A DNA stretch of 64,000 bases from a virus, in the IMG/VR virus record IMGVR_UViG_3300032251_000002, positions 33,609 to 97,608 of that record; one strand, 5' to 3'. Positions 56,747 to 64,000 of this stretch are shown here, piece by piece. Within the stretch, counting starts at the first letter, position 1. Each line of letters starts with the position of its first letter. The position numbers and the translations under genes are program-made. The notes under the pieces were generated by a model. That model did no database searches. It was not told the DNA's origin and was given only the letters and a program-made list of their open reading frames with translations.

Positions 56747-57367
56747 GTGAAAGAAAATCTTAGTCCTGCAGATTTTAGTGGATTAATGGTAGCATATGTT
56801 ATGGCACATGGAAGTGATGGTTCAATTGCTGTAACTATACCTAAAGTTATGGGAAACTTTACAAATAGTGTAACTCCTGTATCGGGGTTGATAGAAATAA
56901 ATAATGGTATGGTAAATAATGAAAATGTTGAAGAGTACAAGAAATTAATAACAGGAGTTAATTTCTTTTGGGTTGAACCTTTAAAACCTGTAAATTATTT
57001 GCCTGTAGTATGTGATATAACACAATTACCATATACTGAAACTTTAGAAGTAACTGACTTTAATCTTGAATCTGCTGAAATTTCTGGCACTGATGACTTA
57101 GGTGGTAGATGGGTTGGTGTTGATATGTCAGGTGGCGAAAATAGTCATAATCATATGGCACAAATTAATTCAAGTCAAACTCATAGTTTAGAAGATGCTA
57201 TTATTAAATCAGTTAGTGGTGGTTTAACTGTTAATCATCCTAAGTTGAATAGACAAATAACTCTAAATAAACATACTGTAATGATTCCAAAAGTTAAAGA
57301 GAAAATACTAGTATTCTTTGTAGATGGTGACCCTCAAAAGGGATATTATATACCATTCACAATTTAA
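56747..57367 (+). CDS. Baseplate hub/spike protein (gp5/gpV OB-fold-like)
   Basis: IAVTIPKVM...IPKVKEKILVFFVDGDP OB-like motif; HxH motif. Confidence 0.6.
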   Translation: MKENLSPADFSGLMVAYVMAHGSDGSIAVTIPKVMGNFTNSVTPVSGLIEINNGMVNNENVEEYKKLITGVNFFWVEPLKPVNYLPVVCDITQLPYTETLEVTDFNLESAEISGTDDLGGRWVGVDMSGGENSHNHMAQINSSQTHSLEDAIIKSVSGGLTVNHPKLNRQITLNKHTVMIPKVKEKILVFFVDGDPQKGYYIPFTI

Positions 57368-57378
57368 AGGAGAAAGAT

Positions 57379-57957
57379 ATGTATAAGATTTTTAAGAGTA
57401 GAGAAAAAAGAATAAAAACTAAACATATAATAATATCTCATGCTAGAAATACGTTCCAAAAAGGGTCTTATATACTTCCAGATGTTTTAGAAGGTGGAAC
57501 TTATAGATATACTTGGGGAAACTGGCAAAAGTATTATTACGAGGAGTTAAGAAAAGAAAGATTAGCATGTCATTACTTTATTGAATTACTTGATAAGGAT
57601 TATGTTGTATTTAATGGTCTTCCTAAAACTAGACCTAGTTATTTCTTACAAGATTTAGCTAAAGCTGGAGTTATTGAGTGGAAGTATAGAGATGCAATAC
57701 TTATACTAATTGGTGAAGATTTTTCTGTGTTCCCAATAGAAGATAGATTGAATACTCATATGTGTGATAAAATTCTAACTCCACTATTATATGAACATCA
57801 TTTAGACTATGAAGCAGTTAGTTATATAGATGATTTATTACAACCAGGGTGGAAGAAGTTATTGAAGGATAACAATTTAAAGTATGAAATAGTTCTTCAA
57901 AAGTATTATGATAGTAATAATGTATTCTTTAAGATGAAGGAGTATAGTAAAAAATGA
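57379..57957 (+). CDS. Amidase-2-like (degenerate) protein
   Basis: KHIIISHA...ACHYFIE resembles T7-lysozyme-type amidases. Confidence 0.45.
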   Translation: MYKIFKSREKRIKTKHIIISHARNTFQKGSYILPDVLEGGTYRYTWGNWQKYYYEELRKERLACHYFIELLDKDYVVFNGLPKTRPSYFLQDLAKAGVIEWKYRDAILILIGEDFSVFPIEDRLNTHMCDKILTPLLYEHHLDYEAVSYIDDLLQPGWKKLLKDNNLKYEIVLQKYYDSNNVFFKMKEYSKK

Positions 57958-58115
57958 TAATTAAGACAAAAGACGATAAGACATATTTTTCTGTATGGGT
58001 CAGTGAGTGTAATCATACAGAATTAACTATACTCTGTAAAAAAGGAAATCAACTGAGTTTAGAGACAATTAAAAGAGATAATATCGTTACTCCACCAGAG
58101 TTTAAAAAACAATAA
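57954..58115 (+). CDS. Small hypothetical protein (53 aa)
   Basis: ATGA overlap with upstream stop; MIIKTKDDKTYFSVW... Confidence 0.5.
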   Translation: MIIKTKDDKTYFSVWVSECNHTELTILCKKGNQLSLETIKRDNIVTPPEFKKQ

Positions 58116-58129
58116 AGGAGGATTAAACA

Positions 58130-58606
58130 TTGGCAATAGATGATAATAAACTTAATGAAAATGAATATGATAGTTCAATTTACACGGACTTAAAAGATTC
58201 AATTTTAGATTCAAAAGATAATAAATTTGTATATACAAATATAAATACTAAGATTAATTTCAAAGGAGAATTAATTATTATAGATGAGAGTATTCTTAAT
58301 AAATATTCAACTATAATAATGGACAACACTATTCAAATTGAAATTGATGAAAAATACTTCTTACAACCTGAACTATTATCTAAAAAAATATATGGTACAG
58401 TTGACTTATGGTATTTAATATTATGGGTTAATAAACTAAGTTCAATGTATGAATTTAAGAAAAAATATATTAGAATATTCAATCCATCTGAAATTAATGT
58501 TTTAAATGACTTGATTGAATTGGAAAGAGAATACATTCAAAATACTCAAACTAATCCAGTAATGATAGAGGATTTAACTATTATGAAAGTTCCAATAAGT
58601 GAGTAA
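58130..58606 (+). CDS. Baseplate wedge protein (T4 gp53/LysM-like)
   Basis: QPELLSKKIYGTVDLWYLILWVN. Confidence 0.75.
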   Translation: MAIDDNKLNENEYDSSIYTDLKDSILDSKDNKFVYTNINTKINFKGELIIIDESILNKYSTIIMDNTIQIEIDEKYFLQPELLSKKIYGTVDLWYLILWVNKLSSMYEFKKKYIRIFNPSEINVLNDLIELEREYIQNTQTNPVMIEDLTIMKVPISE

Positions 58607-58611
58607 AAAAA

Positions 58612-58643
58612 AAGAGACTATATCTTAATTGATATAGTCTCTT
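58612..58643. terminator. Bidirectional terminator
   Basis: AAGAGACTATATC-TTAATT-GATATAGTCTCTT. Confidence 0.8.
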
Positions 58644-58645
58644 TA

Positions 58646-60289
58646 TTAATCTTCATCCTCATCAAAATCTGCTAGGACTGTTTTCTTGCCAGCTTTCTTA
58701 CGTTTCTTACCAGTTGTTAAAGGTTTACTACCACCATTAGTTGTATCATATTCAGCTAATCCATCACCTAAATCTAATAATGATAAAGATTTTGCTAAAT
58801 TATAATCTGGTTTAAGTTTCATACCATTTTCAAATGGATGTGCAAAGTAATGTAAATCTTGTTTCTTTGCTCTAGATTTTACTAATTTATAAGTTAAGAA
58901 ATCTACATCAGTTGTTGTTTGTTTTTCTTTATTGATAATGATTACATAATCTGAGTTATCAATCAATCTTACAGACTCACCTACATGAGAAATACCTAAC
59001 TGTTTAACTATGTTGTTTTTCCCTTTTTCAAGAGCAGCTTCAATTACTTGGAATGCAGTTCTATTCAACTGCGAAGCTGAAACAACAGGAATGTCTCTGT
59101 CTTTTGCTATAACTGTGAAGTCATCACATACAGCACCCAACTCTAAATACATCTCAGCATGTTTTTCAGAACTATTAATACGCTTTAAATAATCATGCAG
59201 TAACATTACTACTTCATAACCATCTAGAGCCATATCATCAATCATTCCATCAACATCTGCAGTACTTATTGACTTATTAGGTCTGTATTTAATTTCTAAT
59301 GGAACTCCCTCATTGAATCCATTTTCACATAACATTTTCATTACAGTTGCAGCATCATTTTGTATGAAAGGAATATCTTCACCAATATAATGAGACCATA
59401 ATCTATTAAGTGTTTCATCTTGAGAGTTCTCTTGAGATACATACAGAATACAGGGTTTCTTAGTTGGGTCTTTTGTAACCCATTCAGTATTACAATGTTT
59501 AGCATCCAAAGCTGCTTGAATAAGCTGACCAGATTTCCATCCACCTGGAGCTCCCAAGTAAAGATAGAATCTTTGACATTCATAACCACCATTTAACATC
59601 TTGTTTAAGTTCTTAACTGATGTCTGGACTTTGTTATTAGGTCTACTAAAGTTTTTATGTGCTATATTGATTGCATCTTCAAGTCTACTATCATTTGAGT
59701 TAAAATCTCTGGCAGTATACTTATTAGGTGCTTTAGCTTTTTGTAACTTCTTATGAAGTGATTTAACTACTGTTGAATACTCTTCGGCAAATTCACCAAG
59801 ACTTTCGTAATCACCAGATTTAAATCTCATTGCAAGATTATCTAGTTCAACTTGTTCTTTATATAAAAACGAGAACTTCATCTTATCACTAATGTATTCT
59901 TCAATATAACCTACTGTTTCGTTGTCAATATCATCATCATAAGTTTCAGATATATATTCAACTAAATCATCAATCTCATCTTCATACTTACCCCCACCTT
60001 TTGTAAAGGATACAATTCTTTCATGGTCATTCATTCTTTTCTTAACCATTGCAGTTAAAGACTTCTTTAAGAAGTGAAAGCGTACTTCCATTTCTCTATC
60101 AGTTTCATATGAAGATGAATCTATCATTTCAAGTAATTCTAACAACTTTAACTTTGAACGTCTTGTTATGATAATGTTTTCACTATAAGTGTATATAATT
60201 AAGTCATCTAGCTCGTTGATACTTATTTCTATTGGTACTTTATCGTTTTCAGCGTAAGCATGTCTACCTGATTTTTTTGTTATTGCCAA
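58646..60289 (-). CDS. Replicative DnaB-like helicase
   Basis: GAPGGWKS, SQEN, HDYL, SASQLNR; late-type promoter 60323-60334. Confidence 0.88.
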   Translation of the reverse strand: MAITKKSGRHAYAENDKVPIEISINELDDLIIYTYSENIIITRRSKLKLLELLEMIDSSSYETDREMEVRFHFLKKSLTAMVKKRMNDHERIVSFTKGGGKYEDEIDDLVEYISETYDDDIDNETVGYIEEYISDKMKFSFLYKEQVELDNLAMRFKSGDYESLGEFAEEYSTVVKSLHKKLQKAKAPNKYTARDFNSNDSRLEDAINIAHKNFSRPNNKVQTSVKNLNKMLNGGYECQRFYLYLGAPGGWKSGQLIQAALDAKHCNTEWVTKDPTKKPCILYVSQENSQDETLNRLWSHYIGEDIPFIQNDAATVMKMLCENGFNEGVPLEIKYRPNKSISTADVDGMIDDMALDGYEVVMLLHDYLKRINSSEKHAEMYLELGAVCDDFTVIAKDRDIPVVSASQLNRTAFQVIEAALEKGKNNIVKQLGISHVGESVRLIDNSDYVIIINKEKQTTTDVDFLTYKLVKSRAKKQDLHYFAHPFENGMKLKPDYNLAKSLSLLDLGDGLAEYDTTNGGSKPLTTGKKRKKAGKKTVLADFDEDED

Positions 60290-60337
60290 TATTCATAGCC
60301 CTCCTTACTTATTACTATCTCTTATTATGATGTTATC

Positions 60338-60511
60338 TTATGCGTTTTGATTGTAAAAAGTGCTTATTTCATAGTCTAAATTAACTAATACATCTAATAC
60401 TTCATCATAAGTAGAACAACCTACTTTACTTGGATAATCCAATCCATCTTCATATTTCATTCTTTCCTTGTATAAATCTGACAAGGAAAATAATTTTGCA
60501 TCAGTTTCCAT
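60338..60511 (-). CDS. Small hypothetical protein (57 aa)
   Basis: METDAKLFSL...; GGAGG RBS; below track cutoff. Confidence 0.5.
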   Translation of the reverse strand: METDAKLFSLSDLYKERMKYEDGLDYPSKVGCSTYDEVLDVLVNLDYEISTFYNQNA

Positions 60512-60527
60512 TAATATCCCTCCAATA

Positions 60528-61082
60528 TCATTTCAATGATAGTTCCATAAGTACTTTTTGTAACTTAGTACTTCCATACTTATGAACATGAAACTCTAAA
60601 CTACTAAACCATACAGATAAATTGTTATTTGGAGTACCATATGGTTTAAAGTGGTTGAAAAATCTCTTCTGAACATTAAGAGAATATTCATGTATATTGT
60701 CACAGAAGTTTTTAATTAAAGCATTCATAACACAATCAACAACTTGAGGTTCAAAATAAGTCATTAATATTCCAGAGTCTAGATTATTACCAGAGAATAC
60801 TTTAGGTATTAAGTATTCTATAACTAAAGGATGAAACATCTCTTCAGTCTCATTAACTCGTTTAACTTCTTTTATACCTGCATAAGTTAAATAATCTAAT
60901 AAAGCAGTTATAAAACTCTTAGGAGATACAGAACCCTTACCAGATTGAGTATCTAGAAAATATGCAGTTTTAACTACTGCCATAAATGGTGTAAATTCAT
61001 TATCTTTGTTTCTAAAAGTGTGTAAGTGACTTAATTTAGTTTTCTTTGAGTAATCATTCTCAGCATCAATTCTTGCAGCCAT
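60528..61082 (-). CDS. Hypothetical protein with shared C-terminal helix
   Basis: Ends LQKVLMELSLK. Confidence 0.65.
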   Translation of the reverse strand: MAARIDAENDYSKKTKLSHLHTFRNKDNEFTPFMAVVKTAYFLDTQSGKGSVSPKSFITALLDYLTYAGIKEVKRVNETEEMFHPLVIEYLIPKVFSGNNLDSGILMTYFEPQVVDCVMNALIKNFCDNIHEYSLNVQKRFFNHFKPYGTPNNNLSVWFSSLEFHVHKYGSTKLQKVLMELSLK

Positions 61083-61092
61083 GTTTATTCTC

Positions 61093-61569
61093 CTATTCTA
61101 TTCTTAATATATTTTCCATCCATATTCTTCGGATGTTTGAATACTCTTTAACTTTAGTTAATCTATCTTCAAAATAGTCTTTAAACAATTTATATTGTTT
61201 ATCCTTATAAGTTAAAGAATTGTATAATGTTCTTAAATTACATTCCATATCATTCTCATTATTTTTAAGAAGTCTATGCAGTGTTCCTTTAACATATATA
61301 CCTGTGACATTACTCATTGTATGGTAATTATAACATTCTGAATTCACAGAAGTAAAACCATCTATAAAACTCCTTGTAGTGCCGAAGTCTATCTCATTAA
61401 TCATTTCTTCATGAGAAACTTTCAATAATGTTGAACATGGTAATTCTGATAACATACTTGTGAAGATATCAAATTTTGTAACGTACGTTACACCAAACGT
61501 ATCTTCTTGATTTTTCTCTATTAGTTTACTAGCACTATACATTGATTTAAATTCTTCCAAGCTTATCAA
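61093..61569 (-). CDS. Hypothetical protein with shared C-terminal helix
   Basis: Ends IRRIWMENILR. Confidence 0.65.
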   Translation of the reverse strand: MISLEEFKSMYSASKLIEKNQEDTFGVTYVTKFDIFTSMLSELPCSTLLKVSHEEMINEIDFGTTRSFIDGFTSVNSECYNYHTMSNVTGIYVKGTLHRLLKNNENDMECNLRTLYNSLTYKDKQYKLFKDYFEDRLTKVKEYSNIRRIWMENILRIE

Positions 61570-62089
61570 AATCTACGTCTCCTTTCAATAATATCTCCAT
61601 TACAGTTTTATCTATAATTTGTGTGTAGTCAGCTCTATGTTTCTTTAGATATTTTTGTATAGAATCAATTATTGGTAGATTACCTACTCTAATAATATCA
61701 TCAAAACATTTAATTGCTTTAAGGTCTTTTCTAAACTCATTTCTAAGAGTATGATGTACGTTTTTCCCTTCAGCAATAGACTTTAAAGGTTTTATTAAAT
61801 TTAAAACGCATCCCTCAATTAGATAATCAAACAACTCTCTCTTATCATTAATAAGTTCATCTATATCATAAATATGATAAAATCTTTTATCTACTCCACC
61901 TTGAATTAACTCATGTAAATGTAGAAATGGAAATACATATTCATCTAATAATACTTTCCCATCAAAAGGTTCATCCAAGTTAATCATAAATTCAACCAAT
62001 CTTTCAGTTACAGTAAATTCAGATGATTCTTCACTAAAAGTATTTTCTATCATATTCAACATTGCATACATTTGGTCGCTAGTCATCAT
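61547..62089 (-). CDS. Hypothetical protein with shared C-terminal helix
   Basis: IDKTVMEILLK near C-terminus. Confidence 0.65.
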   Translation of the reverse strand: MMTSDQMYAMLNMIENTFSEESSEFTVTERLVEFMINLDEPFDGKVLLDEYVFPFLHLHELIQGGVDKRFYHIYDIDELINDKRELFDYLIEGCVLNLIKPLKSIAEGKNVHHTLRNEFRKDLKAIKCFDDIIRVGNLPIIDSIQKYLKKHRADYTQIIDKTVMEILLKGDVDFDKLGRI

Positions 62090-62427
62090 TGTATACCACC
62101 ACCTAACGAATAATTCATAAGTGCTTTTTTAAAGTTATTAGTAAGTGTAAGTAAATCTAAATGATGACCAAAGTTATTATACATATATTCAGAAATTTTA
62201 TCATAACTATCATTGTCTGAGACCAAAAAGTAATACTTAGGAGTTATATTTACTGTAATATTGTGCAATGGTTTAATACCAAAACTTCTTTTATGTTTTT
62301 CCCAAGTTACTAATTCAAACCCTAATTTTCGACATATATCGTGTAGTATATTTATTTGATTATTTAAATCTACATGACTTTGTTCTCTAAAATCACGTCC
62401 TATTTTTCTTACATCCATATATTTCAT
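62086..62427 (-). CDS. Hypothetical protein with shared C-terminal helix
   Basis: Ends FKKALMNYSLG. Confidence 0.65.
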   Translation of the reverse strand: MKYMDVRKIGRDFREQSHVDLNNQINILHDICRKLGFELVTWEKHKRSFGIKPLHNITVNITPKYYFLVSDNDSYDKISEYMYNNFGHHLDLLTLTNNFKKALMNYSLGGGIQ

Positions 62428-62750
62428 TAATTCCCCAACTCACTTTCCATATAATCAAGAAATATTATTTCTTTTAATTTATCTCTTTCATATTCATTAT
62501 AAGATATAATGCCTGATTTCATAAATGAGTACTTACTTATACGTAAACCATATAAAGTGTAATCATTTGGACCACATCCAATAGTATATCCATTGTCAAG
62601 TTTAATAGTTATACATTTACCCGATTTTTGAGATTTCAAAGAACTTCTATCAAACCTTTCTAAAAGTATATCATACATATACTCATATTTTTCTTGAACT
62701 ATATCATCTACAGGAAAAGTAAATTTGTTGTACTTCAGTAATTCACTCAT
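62427..62750 (-). CDS. Hypothetical protein with shared C-terminal helix
   Basis: Ends IFLDYMESELG. Confidence 0.6.
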   Translation of the reverse strand: MSELLKYNKFTFPVDDIVQEKYEYMYDILLERFDRSSLKSQKSGKCITIKLDNGYTIGCGPNDYTLYGLRISKYSFMKSGIISYNEYERDKLKEIIFLDYMESELGN

Positions 62751-62759
62751 ATTTCCTCC

Positions 62760-63032
62760 TTAAATTAAAACATGGAGTAACTTTTCTCTAAGCCATCCAA
62801 CTAATATACTATCTTTAGTATCAAAATTATAATATCCATTATTATGAAATAAGTTTGTTGAACCATTATAAATATACAATACATATCTATCAGTGTTAGT
62901 GCATTTAATATACGCAATTTTACCTATGTATATTGTATACGGGTCAGCAAGGAATCCATTTTTAAGAGATACACTTTCAATATATCTATCAATTAAGTCA
63001 ACTATTTTTTGTTGAGCTACCTGTATAGTCAT
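62760..63032 (-). CDS. Hypothetical protein with shared C-terminal helix
   Basis: Ends LREKLLHVLI. Confidence 0.6.
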   Translation of the reverse strand: MTIQVAQQKIVDLIDRYIESVSLKNGFLADPYTIYIGKIAYIKCTNTDRYVLYIYNGSTNLFHNNGYYNFDTKDSILVGWLREKLLHVLI

Positions 63033-63071
63033 AATCTTCTCCTTAATAAAATAAAGAGGAATAGCAATATG

Positions 63072-64000
63072 CTATTCCTCTGGTTTTAACAGTAATTCAT
63101 TTAACTTATCTTTACTTATCTTTACACCTTCTTCGTTCTCAGTGTACATTAAGATAACATCCTTAGTGTCATATTCTCCACTAGTTACATAATCATATTC
63201 ATTCTTTTCTTCTTCTTCATTTTGCTGTTTAATCTTATCAGATACATCAATTCTTACATCATTATCAGATGAGAAAGTTTCCTTCATAATAGCTATAGCT
63301 GCTTTTTCATCAACTAATTCTAAGTCAACTTTAACTCTAACATTGTCTAAAGATAATCTTAATTCATCAATTTTAGCAACTTTTTCATCAACTGTAGAGT
63401 CTGCATCAATATACTCTGATAATTTAACTGTTGTATAATCTAGAGCATGAATATTCTTTATAAATTTAACTTTATATTCTGTAGACTCTACATCATAAGT
63501 TAAATCTAAGAAACCTTTAGGTTTTTCTTCACCATAACACCATCTAGAATAGCTTCCTGTATAATATATCTTTTCTTTATAAACATTGTGTGTATGAATA
63601 TGTCCAAATATAATTGGACCATAGACTTTATCCTCCCACTGCTTAATTCTAAATACAGGTGAACCTTTAATATTACGTTCTGATTCTTGAACTTGACATG
63701 TAAATGCTTCATGTTCCCAAGTACCATGTCCAAATATCATATCATATTTAGCTCCATCACTACAAGCATCTAAAAATTCTTTATAATACTCATCTTGGTC
63801 ATGCATGTATTCTTCTGGTATCCATAATATACTTACTTCAGGGAACATTTCTTCTTCAGTTACAGTAGTAATAATTCTGAAATCAACATCTGTATATAAC
63901 TGATAATGTTTAAAATTATCTAATTGATTGAAGTCATGAGTCTTAGTACCTCTTATCCAACGTAACTTAATGTTAAATTCTCTACATAAACCTAATAGGT
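63072..64000 (-). CDS. SbcD/Mre11-like nuclease, 5'-truncated by window end
   Basis: Frame open to the window end (RGTKTHD), FGHG, FGHIH, YTGS, EEKPKGF. Confidence 0.85.
   Translation of the reverse strand, partial: LLGLCREFNIKLRWIRGTKTHDFNQLDNFKHYQLYTDVDFRIITTVTEEEMFPEVSILWIPEEYMHDQDEYYKEFLDACSDGAKYDMIFGHGTWEHEAFTCQVQESERNIKGSPVFRIKQWEDKVYGPIIFGHIHTHNVYKEKIYYTGSYSRWCYGEEKPKGFLDLTYDVESTEYKVKFIKNIHALDYTTVKLSEYIDADSTVDEKVAKIDELRLSLDNVRVKVDLELVDEKAAIAIMKETFSSDNDVRIDVSDKIKQQNEEEEKNEYDYVTSGEYDTKDVILMYTENEEGVKISKDKLNELLLKPEE

Noticed and set aside
1-64000. Stop-codon reassignment
   Set aside because: Standard code gives dense, full-length genes, and TAA, TAG and TGA all end genes
1-64000. CRISPR arrays, tRNAs, rRNA, IS elements
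   Set aside because: No regularly spaced repeats, cloverleafs or transposases seen by eye; tRNAscan not run

Overview
AT-rich, densely coding 64 kb segment of a jumbo phage of the AR9/PBS1 (phiKZ-related) type. The host is probably an anaerobic Firmicute (strong GGAGG Shine-Dalgarno sites, class III RNR, GGDEF and HD-GYP genes); this is inference. Core genes: two non-virion RNAP beta subunits, a virion RNAP beta C-terminal subunit fused to an HD hydrolase, prohead protease, neck and baseplate genes, NAD-dependent ligase, RecA/UvsX, GyrA and GyrB, NrdD/NrdG/redoxin, Dda-like and DnaB-like helicases, SbcD (truncated), HU, a TubZ/PhuZ tubulin with a winged-helix partner, and a MoxR/VWA pair. Accessory genes include Tad1-like, Acb4/Gp49-like, NADAR-like, Tpt1, NMNAT and Nudix candidates. 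Two phage promoter classes can be read from intergenic DNA: early-type ATATATTAT-N5-TGA and AR9-type late AACA-N6-TA/G. The most unusual signals are: (1) small paralogous proteins at 17.5-19.4 kb carrying inserted strings of short peptides that mimic conserved motifs of essential phage proteins (RecA, prohead protease, portal, helicase/terminase Walker B, RNAP DFDGD), candidate decoys for immune sensors; (2) a C-terminal helix motif shared by about 13 otherwise dissimilar proteins, including the mosaics; (3) a shared N-terminal propeptide ending in LxE and an HD-vRNAP polyprotein with LxE sites; (4) two early-promoter-driven structured RNAs flanking the tubulin operon. All family assignments come from motif recognition by eye; no searches were run.
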